From contig CALHLC010000012.1 of the NCBI GenBank assembly GCA_938034385.1, positions 87,575-151,574 on the forward strand: 64,000 nucleotides of DNA, in the 5' to 3' direction. The notes below the pieces were generated by a model that ran no database searches, was not told where the DNA came from, and saw only the letters and a program-made list of their open reading frames with translations. A program made the position numbers and the translations under genes. Below, piece by piece: positions 33,753 through 42,385 of this stretch (position 1 is the first letter of the stretch; each line of letters opens with the position of its first letter). This stretch comes from an uncultured Bacteriovoracaceae bacterium (GTDB taxonomy: Bacteria; Bdellovibrionota; Bacteriovoracia; Bacteriovoracales; Bacteriovoracaceae).

Positions 33753-34658
33753 TTGTTGAAGCCAATTGTATTCAGTGCATTTTTATTTATTCAGGTTTTA
33801 TTTGGAGTAAATATTGTTGCCGTAAAGAAAATTCTTAAAATTATGCCTGCTTCTTCTTTTAATTTATATCGATATATCTTAGCAGGAATTATCTTATTTA
33901 TCGCAGCTTTTATTATCAAGAAAGTTGAGTTTTCTAAACTAAAAAAATACTGGTTACTATTTTTAATAAGTGCATTGTCTGGAACTGTAATTGGTCAAAT
34001 GCTTTTTGCATGGGGAATCAATTACTCTAGTGCTACTAATGCCTCAATCATTTCTATTACTATTCCACTCTTTACGCTTTTGGTTTCCTCTATTCGAGGA
34101 CAAGTTAAAATTACAAAATGGAAAGTTTTTGGGTTATTGGGTGGAGCGATAGGCGTTGGGTTAATAAAACTAGAGAGTATGGGAGAGTTCTTAGGAGCAG
34201 CTTCTATGGGTGATCTTTACTTAATTCTTGGCTGTTTCTTTTTTGGTATTACTATTTCTTATTCAAAAGATTTTTATGCTGAAATAGCCGTTTCATTTGG
34301 AACGGGAGCATGCTTTTTGTTGGGGGCCTTGATATTACTTCCTTTAACTCCTTTAAATGTATCTACAGAACTGTATAACACTGAATACTTACCTTGGTTC
34401 ATTTTTGCTGTCATTGGAGGAACTGTACTTCCATATTTGATTGGGAACTGGGGAATAAAACAGGTCGATCCTTTTACTGCTTCAATCTTTATTTATATTC
34501 AGCCTGTCGTAACAGGGGTTCTTGCTTACTTTTTATTAAACGAAGTAATGACGACCCAAAAAATACTTGCAAGTATTATTATTTTTATATCCGTTTTATT
34601 GACTCAAAAAGATTCTAGAGTTGGCATTGTGGACAATAAAAAGTCCCACGTCCTTTAA
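33753..34658 (+). CDS. DMT (EamA-type) family transporter
   Basis: 10-TM pattern with a duplicated EamA-like organisation. Confidence 0.65.
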   Translation: MLKPIVFSAFLFIQVLFGVNIVAVKKILKIMPASSFNLYRYILAGIILFIAAFIIKKVEFSKLKKYWLLFLISALSGTVIGQMLFAWGINYSSATNASIISITIPLFTLLVSSIRGQVKITKWKVFGLLGGAIGVGLIKLESMGEFLGAASMGDLYLILGCFFFGITISYSKDFYAEIAVSFGTGACFLLGALILLPLTPLNVSTELYNTEYLPWFIFAVIGGTVLPYLIGNWGIKQVDPFTASIFIYIQPVVTGVLAYFLLNEVMTTQKILASIIIFISVLLTQKDSRVGIVDNKKSHVL

Positions 34659-35418
34659 GTATTATTTTTTTTATTTTCCCTTTTTTACACATTCCACAAA
34701 TTTTTTGATGAAAGACAACAAGATTTTGGACGCCCTTACCCTTTTGTCCAAAAGCATCAGAGTATCCACCTTGAAAAGTAACGCCGCTATTTTTAATAGA
34801 TTCTTTTAAAATGGAATCAAAACCTTTTTTGATGTTTTTTGCATCTTTAGTACAAAGAGAAGAGTTTTTACGAGTCGGGAGTAGTTTCGCTCTGGCACAA
34901 ACTTCATTGGCAATATAGTTTCCAGAGCCTGCAAAGAACTTTTGCTCTAATAAAAATGGTTTCAATTCCCGATTTGGATATTTTTGAATTTTTTCCCATA
35001 TAAATTCATGACTCATTTTTTTCGATAGAAGATCTGGACCTAACCTTTTTAGGTATTCTGTAAGCTGATCTGAGTCAAAAAAATACATATGACCAAATCG
35101 CCTGGGATCTACATAACTTAAATAAGATTCTGACCCATGAAAGATATAATGAATGTGTTTTTCTTTTAATTTCTCTTGAGAGATTCTCCAAGATCCAGTC
35201 ATTCCTAGATGGCTAAGTAGGAAGGTCGAATTTGAGAAATGAAAGATAAGGCATTTCCCATGTCTAGAGATTTTTTCAATTCTCGCACCTTTAAGGTTAG
35301 GGTTCTTAGTATGTAGTATCGATTTGATAACTTTAGATTTGCTCGTTTTCTCTATTTTAAAGGGTAGATTTTGATTTAGTTGACCTTGAATAGTTTTTAC
35401 TTCTGGTAATTCAGGCAT
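34615..35418 (-). CDS. mutM: formamidopyrimidine-DNA glycosylase
   Basis: N-terminal MPELPEV, an H2TH region and a C-terminal zinc finger C..C...CPQCQ. Confidence 0.85.
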   Translation of the reverse strand: MPELPEVKTIQGQLNQNLPFKIEKTSKSKVIKSILHTKNPNLKGARIEKISRHGKCLIFHFSNSTFLLSHLGMTGSWRISQEKLKEKHIHYIFHGSESYLSYVDPRRFGHMYFFDSDQLTEYLKRLGPDLLSKKMSHEFIWEKIQKYPNRELKPFLLEQKFFAGSGNYIANEVCARAKLLPTRKNSSLCTKDAKNIKKGFDSILKESIKNSGVTFQGGYSDAFGQKGKGVQNLVVFHQKICGMCKKGKIKKIILKGRGTFYCPQCQL

Positions 35419-35469
35419 TTCGACCTTAACTCCTTTAAATTATTGGTTTGTTTTCGGTGCGTTACCATC

Positions 35470-35514
35470 AATTCCGCCCAATTCCGCCCAAATTCCGCCC
35501 CGAAGGGCAGAATT
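35470..35514. repeat. 3 tandem AATTCCGCCC repeats plus inverted copy at island/integrase junction (att/arm-site candidate)
   Basis: Direct copies at 35470-35479, 35480-35489 and 35491-35500. Inverted GGGCAGAATT at 35505-35514. The whole block lies 10 nt from the integrase stop. Confidence 0.6.
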
Positions 35515-35523
35515 TGAACAAAA

Positions 35524-36831
35524 TTAGCAAACTCGATGTCGCTTAAACTCCTCAAAAGATACTACGTTGCCTTCAGCTTGTGAATTTTCTGAATGCTCAT
35601 GAGTTTCTTTTTGTACTTGTTTAAGCTTTTTTCTTTCACTTTTCTTTGGCGTAACTGGTGATCTTTTAAGTTGCTCACTAATATGCTCCATAACTTTTTG
35701 AGAGATCTCTTTTTGATCGGTCTCATCACATTTAGAGTAATGATCTGCTAACTTAATATCTTTATGACCAGTCATTGCTACAACAGCATCAAGACCTCCT
35801 CCTACTTTACGGGCCAGTTTTGCCATACCATGTCTGAGAATGTGGGTCCCTGTATAAGGGATACCACTTTTTCTCTGTGCACCACGATAATTGACTTGTA
35901 TCGTTCCGTAGTTCAAAGGTTTACCTTCAACATGAAAAACAAAACCACAGTTATCTCTTTTAAATGCTTCCATTCTTTTTAAGATTTCGAGAATTTCATC
36001 TGTAATATATACGACTCTCGGTTCTCTATTTTTAGGAAATGGTTTTAATTCTTGAAACATTTTTGATGAACCACCAAAGATGGAGGTAAATTTTATCAAC
36101 ATTCTTCTATTTTCAAAATCAACACACTCCCATTGAAGCCCTGCTATTTCACTAATCCTTGCTGCTGCAAAAAACTGTAGTTTTGCAAGATCTCTATAAA
36201 GTGGTCTTAAGAAATTAAAAAATAAAAAAGCATGCTCTAAGTCGATTTGTTTTTTCTTAACAGGTACAGGCTTTATGAAACCAAGCTTTTTATGCTTTTT
36301 CTTAATAGGACAAGTTAAGTAAAGAGCCTCTTTTTCAAATTCTTCACTTTCTTTATACCAATTAAAAATTGTCACAAAAATATTCAGTTCATTGTTAAGA
36401 TTACATCTTCCAGCCTTGCCCCTTTTTCTTTGATATTCCTCATCTTTAAATTTTTCAACCCAATAAGAAATCCATTTTGTAACTTTAGATGGAGTGATTT
36501 TATCCATAGGAAGGTGTTCAATGTTTTCCCAAAGACGATATCTTCTCTTCCAAATTGTTTTGGTACTTGTTGCAAGAAGGGGGAAATGTATCTCTTGCAT
36601 TTTTTGCCATACTTGCTTTAATGTTGAGTGTTGAGAAATTTTTTCATCCTCGGGAGTATAACTTATTCCATCAAAGTCTTTTCTCCAAACCTTTGCCTCA
36701 TATAAAGAATTAAAAGTTGCACTGTGAGTTTTTCTTTTTATCTTTTTTTCAGCGTAGTACTTTTTCGTTCCGATGTGTTGCCAAATTGCACTTACACCTG
36801 GAATTTTTTTGTAATTTTTCTTTCTGCTCAT
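35524..36831 (-). CDS. tyrosine-type site-specific integrase
   Basis: C-terminal catalytic domain with AARISEI (R), HILRHGMA (HxxR) and GHKDIKLADHY (Y). Confidence 0.9.
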   Translation of the reverse strand: MSRKKNYKKIPGVSAIWQHIGTKKYYAEKKIKRKTHSATFNSLYEAKVWRKDFDGISYTPEDEKISQHSTLKQVWQKMQEIHFPLLATSTKTIWKRRYRLWENIEHLPMDKITPSKVTKWISYWVEKFKDEEYQRKRGKAGRCNLNNELNIFVTIFNWYKESEEFEKEALYLTCPIKKKHKKLGFIKPVPVKKKQIDLEHAFLFFNFLRPLYRDLAKLQFFAAARISEIAGLQWECVDFENRRMLIKFTSIFGGSSKMFQELKPFPKNREPRVVYITDEILEILKRMEAFKRDNCGFVFHVEGKPLNYGTIQVNYRGAQRKSGIPYTGTHILRHGMAKLARKVGGGLDAVVAMTGHKDIKLADHYSKCDETDQKEISQKVMEHISEQLKRSPVTPKKSERKKLKQVQKETHEHSENSQAEGNVVSFEEFKRHRVC

Positions 36832-36832
36832 T

Positions 36833-37048
36833 TCAAGATCCTTTCATCCATTGGATGATTTCTTTTGGAACGAAAATGAGTTTCTTTCGTCTTCCTCTTC
36901 TTCTGTATGGTATTTCACCCTTTGAAACCAAGTTATAAATAGTTCCCTTGGCATATCCAGTAAACCTACAGACTTCGTCTATATCCCATATTAAATTGTC
37001 AAAGAGCTTTTGGGAAAAAGGGGGCTGAGCCCCCTGATTCTTATTCAA
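36833..37048 (-). CDS. excisionase/AlpA-type helix-turn-helix DNA-binding protein
   Basis: 71 aa. DEVCRFTGYAKGTIYNLVSKGEIPYRR is an HTH_17-like motif. Immediately upstream of the integrase. Confidence 0.65.
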   Translation of the reverse strand: MNKNQGAQPPFSQKLFDNLIWDIDEVCRFTGYAKGTIYNLVSKGEIPYRRRGRRKKLIFVPKEIIQWMKGS

Positions 37049-37427
37049 ATCCTACCTTCCTTTGCTCTGAAGTTGAAGTTTGAGGTTGGACTTTTTGAAC
37101 TTGTTTTTTTGGGCGTTTAGAACGCTCTTTAAGAGCATTCTTACGCTTTCTGATCATTTCTTTGATTTGTTTATTGGCTTCAATCAAAGGAATATTTGAT
37201 TTGAAGAGGCTTTGGCTAAAGAGGTTTTCATCAAGAAATCTGTAGTAAATCTCTTCAATTTTTCTTTTGCTTATAGATTTTTGGTAGTCAGTAATAATCC
37301 AGCTAACGAGTAAGTTATCATCAACTTTACAATGATTACCTGTTTTCTTTATCTCTATGAGTAGATTTTCAAGCCTTTCAACTGAATCTGAATTTAGTGT
37401 GATTTTTTTTGATTTTAAAGCACTCAT
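37041..37427 (-). CDS. hypothetical basic protein (relaxosome accessory?)
   Basis: 128-aa ORF in the operon with a K/R-rich tail. No motif recognised. Confidence 0.3.
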   Translation of the reverse strand: MSALKSKKITLNSDSVERLENLLIEIKKTGNHCKVDDNLLVSWIITDYQKSISKRKIEEIYYRFLDENLFSQSLFKSNIPLIEANKQIKEMIRKRKNALKERSKRPKKQVQKVQPQTSTSEQRKVGFE

Positions 37428-37798
37428 CGTACCCCCTTTTTATGATTCTTGAGATAATCTTGTTTTGGAAAGAAAAAGTTTTGAGAGCTTTCTTCTCCTG
37501 AAACTGGTTGAGATACACCAAAGTTTTCAAGATTAAAAAGAGTTTTTTTGCGGACATTTGCATCTCTTTTCTGAAGAGAGTTGTGAATAATGTAACTCGC
37601 AATCCCTCCAAGAATAGCACCACTTGCAGCAGCAATTTGTGCTTTCTTGTCTCGATCGGTGTGAGAAAATGCCTTGCCTCCAGCTCCTCCTGCAACTGCT
37701 CCTGAAATAACTCCAATCGTAGCGGAGTCTTTAAGAGTACTGCAGGAAGTGGTAGAGAGCATCAAAGTTAAAGTAAGTATTTTAATATTATTGTGCAT
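37424..37798 (-). CDS. glycine-zipper lipoprotein
   Basis: Lipobox LSTTSC. GVISGAVAGGAGG and AAASGAILGGIASYI glycine zippers. Chosen over the overlapping ORF 37378..37716. Confidence 0.5.
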   Translation of the reverse strand: MHNNIKILTLTLMLSTTSCSTLKDSATIGVISGAVAGGAGGKAFSHTDRDKKAQIAAASGAILGGIASYIIHNSLQKRDANVRKKTLFNLENFGVSQPVSGEESSQNFFFPKQDYLKNHKKGVR

Positions 37799-37988
37799 AA
37801 TAACCTCCTAGTGTGATGTCGATGGATATTGATTAAAAATTGTAAATATCGACATATAGTAAAAAGACATAAGACTTTTAGTTTTTTCTAAAATTAGGTA
37901 TTTAGATTGGCTTTTTATTCCAGAAAACTGGCCATTACTGGTGAGAAAGTGGGTATGAAGATGGCTGCTTTCTGGGCTTTTGACTTTG

Positions 37989-38738
37989 CTATGAAAAAAC
38001 GGCAAGTTCTTTTCCTAAACGATTTTCAAAAACTAAATTTTTAGATTCTTGTAAAAAATCATCGAGAGTAATGAAGTAAATTTTCCCTCTTTTGGAATCG
38101 TTATACTTATTCTCTGTATTAACGAGAAAACTTAAGATAGAATTGTTCTTACAGACATAGATGACACCGTTGATTTCCTTTTTTTGGTAGTAATCAATAA
38201 ATTTATTCTTTACCCGTTCTTGCTTTTTCTGACTTGCTTCATATTCAACTGCAAAATAATGATTTGAATTATTCCAATTGATGAGTAATGCTGAGTCGCT
38301 TCTCAATCCTTTGAGTTGGTCTAAAGATTCATTGAACTCAAACTCTGAAGCAATGAGAATTTCATTTTCACTCCATACTTTTTGAACATTCTTAAGCTGA
38401 TTAAATCGTTGTCTGATTTTTGTAAGCATGAAATCATGTTCGATTTTGTCACTTTGCAACTTGATTGATTTTACATCTCTCAAATAGGGAAAGGAAAAAC
38501 TTAGCCCTTTTTTGGTTAAGTGATAAGCTGTTGTTGACCTTGAATTTTCGTTAGGAATGAATTTTCTTTCAATAAATCCACCCGCAATAAGATTACTTAG
38601 AACCTTGTTTATTGCTCTAATTCCTTTTGAAGGATAAACGTTAGAATTGATATTCTTACTTGTTGTGATTTTGTTTTTGAGAATGAATTCAAGAATCTTT
38701 TTTTCTTTAGCCCCGAGTCTAATGTTTTGGTTTTTCAT
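37989..38738 (-). CDS. Replic_Relax (replication-relaxation)-like protein
   Basis: N-terminal winged-HTH-like region (KKILEFILKN...AYHLTKKGL). Then IEHDFMLTKIR and a DSALLI...FAVEYEASQKKQERVKNKFIDYY block resembling PF13814. The start was set at the ATG at 38738, which has a GAGGAAG SD. Confidence 0.45.
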   Translation of the reverse strand: MKNQNIRLGAKEKKILEFILKNKITTSKNINSNVYPSKGIRAINKVLSNLIAGGFIERKFIPNENSRSTTAYHLTKKGLSFSFPYLRDVKSIKLQSDKIEHDFMLTKIRQRFNQLKNVQKVWSENEILIASEFEFNESLDQLKGLRSDSALLINWNNSNHYFAVEYEASQKKQERVKNKFIDYYQKKEINGVIYVCKNNSILSFLVNTENKYNDSKRGKIYFITLDDFLQESKNLVFENRLGKELAVFS

Positions 38739-40221
38739 AATCTTCCTCTGGGTTTTTATCTCCATCTTTGAAAGATGAATTACTGATTAACTCTGGTTGA
38801 AAAACTTCTCTGTGCTCTTCGATATATTCTGAGCGAAGCTCTGAGACTGACTTCTCAAGGTCTTTGTCAGAAAGTAGAGGAGCTTGAAACTCTTCATAGT
38901 CACTCCCAAAATGGAAGATTGCTCGGCCTGGAATTGCAGGAAGGTCTGTCGCCATTGTGTTTCCAATGATCGTCATTGATGCTGCATTGTCGTTGGCCTT
39001 AAAGCTGACACGCCCAGACATGTTTTCTCTAATGTGAGTATCAAGAGTCTCTTTAGTAACCTTCTGAGTTGCGATGACAATATTGATTCCTGCTGCTCTT
39101 GCAAGCTTTGCTAGTTCATCAGTGATTTTTCTGGCCTCTAGGGTCTTCTTTCCATCATCAGTTTTGGCGTAACTTTTCATATAAAGAACACTGGCTTCAT
39201 CAATCGCGAGAATGATTCGGTCTTTCTTATCTCTCTTTGGATCGATGCTTGTGTGTCCAACCTTATAGAGATAATCAAAACGGTCATCCATTTCTTCTTT
39301 GATATTTCTAAGAGTGGTCAATGCTCCGTCAATACTACTGACAAAATTAACGTTTGGAAGATCCTTAAAAGCTTTCATCTCAAGACCTCCTTTCAAATCA
39401 ATCAAATGCATTTGAATATGATTGGTGTTTTGAAGAAGATTAAGAAGAACTTGTTTGAAGAAATTGGATTTTCCAAAGTTCGTTGTCCCAGCAATCAACA
39501 TGTGAGGAAGCTTTCTAATATCCTGAGTAAGGAGTCCACTTCTGGATTCACCAAGGATAAAGTGACAAGGTTTTGTGCAATCCTCTCTAACTTCAGAGTA
39601 ATCAAATTTCTTTGGAAGACTCTTCGTGTTAAGAATGATTTGAATATACTTTGGAGATCTCCCTCTACTAATACTTTCAATTTGTTGATTAAACCCTGAC
39701 TCTAAATCATCGTGAGAACTTTTAAACTTATCAAGTCCAGCAAAGGGAGAATCAACAAGCACTTTTGTCTTATGTTCATTTAGCTTCTCAATTTTGATGA
39801 CTTTTGGATAAGTTTTGTCATTTCCTTTACTCAAAATTTTCACAGCTTTTTTAATGCGATCGGTTCTATCAACTTCATTTTTTCCTGTGACTGCGTAGTA
39901 AAGAAAAACAAAAGCACCAAAGAACGTTACATCATAGATGACCGGACCAATAAAGGATTTATACCAAAAAAGAATATTCTCCATAACTTCTGGTATCCAG
40001 TAGGGCCAATGAGCATGAAAGAAATCAATATTAGCCAACACTAAAGATGTCACAAGTGCGGTTGCAAAAAGTGGAACATCCCTTGAAAGGGATACTTTTT
40101 TCTTCTTTAATCCATTCATAAAGTACCAGAGAATAAGTGCTCCAAACTTTGTAAATTCGATTAGCATTTTTGCGATGCCATCAAGGGCACCGCCGGAATT
40201 AGATTGTGTTTTAGTCGTCAT
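38719..40221 (-). CDS. FtsK/SpoIIIE-family ATPase (type IV coupling protein candidate)
   Basis: N-terminal TM helices. Walker A GTTNFGKS and Walker B ILAIDEASVL. ARAAGINIVIATQK...GRVSFKANDNAAS is an FtsK-type signature. Confidence 0.8.
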   Translation of the reverse strand: MTTKTQSNSGGALDGIAKMLIEFTKFGALILWYFMNGLKKKKVSLSRDVPLFATALVTSLVLANIDFFHAHWPYWIPEVMENILFWYKSFIGPVIYDVTFFGAFVFLYYAVTGKNEVDRTDRIKKAVKILSKGNDKTYPKVIKIEKLNEHKTKVLVDSPFAGLDKFKSSHDDLESGFNQQIESISRGRSPKYIQIILNTKSLPKKFDYSEVREDCTKPCHFILGESRSGLLTQDIRKLPHMLIAGTTNFGKSNFFKQVLLNLLQNTNHIQMHLIDLKGGLEMKAFKDLPNVNFVSSIDGALTTLRNIKEEMDDRFDYLYKVGHTSIDPKRDKKDRIILAIDEASVLYMKSYAKTDDGKKTLEARKITDELAKLARAAGINIVIATQKVTKETLDTHIRENMSGRVSFKANDNAASMTIIGNTMATDLPAIPGRAIFHFGSDYEEFQAPLLSDKDLEKSVSELRSEYIEEHREVFQPELISNSSFKDGDKNPEEDYEKPKH

Positions 40222-40225
40222 TAAA

Positions 40226-41122
40226 TTACCTCCTGATTGATTTTGTTAATATGACAATAAGATCCTTTCCGGCATCGACAGTGATATAGTCTTGCTCGGA
40301 TTTGAGTTCTCCTAGGGTGGAGTTTGCTTCATCTCTAGCAACACCACTTGCTCCTGCAAGTAGGGCGTTTTCAGCATTAAAGTCTGGAACTTGAACACCA
40401 GCACTATTCATTGACCTTTGCTGAGCAAATCCAGCAGCAGCCGAAATGACATTTAGTGCAACTGATCCAGCGACTTTAATCGCTTTATCTGAGTGAACAT
40501 GTCCGACTAATCCAGTTGAAAAATCCTTAGAATCGAGGGCCTGCGCATTAACGGGTTCTTCACTTCCATCAGGGTTGATGATAGTGAAAAAACTCACGTA
40601 TACGCGGTCATTTCCTTGATTGTAAGTTGCTTTCCCAAGAGCGATTGATCCTGGTTTAAAATGAACTCCAGACCTTGTTTTAAGTCCGTAGAGAAGTCTA
40701 ACTCTTACCAATTGACTCGGATCTCGTGAGTCAATGGTATTTAAAAGCTCGGCCACTGCACTTGTTCCTTGAGGTAGGTTTCCTAGTGTACTTCCATCTT
40801 CATTAACTAGTACTTGCTTGGCCTTGAGCTTTAATTTTTTCTTGGTTTTTTTACCTTTTTTTGATGATGAGGATGAACCTTCATTTAAAGGTTCACCCGA
40901 ACCATACATCTTTCTTTTTGTAACAATCGTTACAGTCCCATCTCTACTGATTGTCTTAACTTTAACTTCAACACTACTGTTATCTGGTTTTTCTTTTAGA
41001 TGCCAGCTAATGAGTCCAATAAAACAAACAAGACTGAGAAAGACGATCATTACTTTTTGAGATTTTAAAACGTACTTTTCTCCACTTTTTTCAAAAAAGT
41101 GCTTTCTAAAAAATTTCTTCAA
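40226..41122 (-). CDS. VirB10/TrbI-like T4SS protein
   Basis: N-terminal TM helix, a Ser/Lys-rich linker and a C-terminal block (RVYVSFFTIINPDGSEEPVNAQALD..GLVGHV) typical of TrbI/VirB10. Confidence 0.65.
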   Translation of the reverse strand: MKKFFRKHFFEKSGEKYVLKSQKVMIVFLSLVCFIGLISWHLKEKPDNSSVEVKVKTISRDGTVTIVTKRKMYGSGEPLNEGSSSSSKKGKKTKKKLKLKAKQVLVNEDGSTLGNLPQGTSAVAELLNTIDSRDPSQLVRVRLLYGLKTRSGVHFKPGSIALGKATYNQGNDRVYVSFFTIINPDGSEEPVNAQALDSKDFSTGLVGHVHSDKAIKVAGSVALNVISAAAGFAQQRSMNSAGVQVPDFNAENALLAGASGVARDEANSTLGELKSEQDYITVDAGKDLIVILTKSIRR

Positions 41123-41817
41123 AGCATTCTCCTTGGTACGATAAGTTTTACTTTTGTTTTTCTTGATCTTAGGTGAGTGGTAAATCCCTTCTTTAACTTC
41201 AATCGAACAATCAATCGAATCCTTGTGGATTCACCTGCTGTTAAAGATTCTTTGGTAAGGACTTTTTCTAGAATAGGAAGTAATTTATTGTTTCTCGTTA
41301 TCCAGATTTTTGAGGATTTTAAATTTAATTTTTTCATGCTCAAGTTTTGGATGGAGTAATCAATAAGGTGAACTCCTGTTCTAGAGTTAAAATTCGTATT
41401 GGTTAACACGAGTCTTAAGTTTTTTCTTTGTGAGCTAAGATACTCACGAGGTTTCTTTTTCTTTACTTTTTTTGGTGCTTTCCATTTAAGATAAACAAGA
41501 TCGTCATATTTCTTTGGATTTCCTGGTTTTAAAATGACTCCATATCTTAATTTATCGGTATAAATGAAAATATTGCTTTCAATATTACTTAAGGGCTGGA
41601 TGGTAACGTCGATTCCTGTAAACTCAATGTTAAAGTAATTTGAGTTACCAACAATTATCTTCTTTGGTGGTCTTTCAAAAGTCAGTACAGTGGATCTTCC
41701 TGTTGAAAGATAAACTGTTCCCATTTTGTAAGGGCCAACAGTAATTGTTTTAATTTTTCCAGCAAAAGAATTTATCGAAAGAAGTGCACCTAATAAACAA
41801 TACCTATATCGCTTCAT
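41119..41817 (-). CDS. VirB9/TrbG-like T4SS protein
   Basis: Signal peptide. STVLTFERPPKKIIVGNSNYFNIEFTG..VTIQP...NIFIYTDKLRYGVILKP matches the VirB9/CagX N-domain pattern. Confidence 0.6.
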   Translation of the reverse strand: MKRYRYCLLGALLSINSFAGKIKTITVGPYKMGTVYLSTGRSTVLTFERPPKKIIVGNSNYFNIEFTGIDVTIQPLSNIESNIFIYTDKLRYGVILKPGNPKKYDDLVYLKWKAPKKVKKKKPREYLSSQRKNLRLVLTNTNFNSRTGVHLIDYSIQNLSMKKLNLKSSKIWITRNNKLLPILEKVLTKESLTAGESTRIRLIVRLKLKKGFTTHLRSRKTKVKLIVPRRML

Positions 41818-42385
41818 ATTGAATGATATTGTTTATATAGATTCCAAGAGGATTGAGTTGATTGGAGTTTCCCTCCATCATTAAAAACTCAACTTCAATT
41901 GGTGTAACGAGCGGCAGCCCATCAACTTTTAGAATCCGATCAAATGAGACTTTTATCTTCTCCATTGTGACTTCGGATTGAATGTTGGCTACACTTTGAG
42001 AAATGAGTTTATCCTTCGGAAATTGTTTAGCTAACTTTGTTAGCTCTTTTTTGATCTTGCCTGTGAGTTTATTTGTAATAAAGGGAGTAATTCCTTTTAC
42101 AATAGAAGTTCTATCAAATTGATCCCACTGATAGCGTGCCAGTATGAACTGACTTGCGACATCTTCGAGATCTCTTGAAGTAACTTCTACATTGACTCTT
42201 CTGGCAATGGAGTAATCTTTTTTTCCTCTGTCTTCAGTGATGACGAGAGGGGGGCTTAAGACTAAATAAGTGATAACGATAACCAGTATTGCGTTAATGG
42301 CACTTAAAATTAGGCTTAAGAGTTTTTGTCGATCTAGTTCTCTATTGAGACCTAGCCAACTAGGTAGTGGATTTTTTCTTTTCAT
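41804..42385 (-). CDS. VirB8-like T4SS protein
   Basis: Single N-terminal TM helix plus a periplasmic domain of about 150 aa. Lies between the B6- and B9-like genes. Confidence 0.45.
   Translation of the reverse strand: MKRKNPLPSWLGLNRELDRQKLLSLILSAINAILVIVITYLVLSPPLVITEDRGKKDYSIARRVNVEVTSRDLEDVASQFILARYQWDQFDRTSIVKGITPFITNKLTGKIKKELTKLAKQFPKDKLISQSVANIQSEVTMEKIKVSFDRILKVDGLPLVTPIEVEFLMMEGNSNQLNPLGIYINNIIQYEAI

Noticed and set aside
35511-35520. AATTTGAAC shared between the integrase-proximal junction (35511-35519) and 49214-49222, considered as an att core repeat.
   Set aside because: A 9-mer match in 64 kb of AT-rich DNA is expected by chance, and there is no extended flanking similarity.
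35419-35523. A tRNA or tmRNA gene as the integration target at the island edge. Also looked for in 49631-49919 and 54913-55113.
   Set aside because: No cloverleaf-compatible sequence or T-loop (GGTTCGAAT-like) motif is present.
37378-37716. 112-aa ORF overlapping the glycine-zipper lipoprotein gene in another frame.
   Set aside because: The alternative frame (37424..37798) has a lipobox and glycine zippers and fits the operon spacing. This frame has no features.
37808-38005. 65-aa ORF in the gap downstream of the Replic_Relax-like gene.
   Set aside because: There is no SD, the composition is odd, and it overlaps the end of the neighbouring gene. The gap is more likely regulatory or oriT-like.
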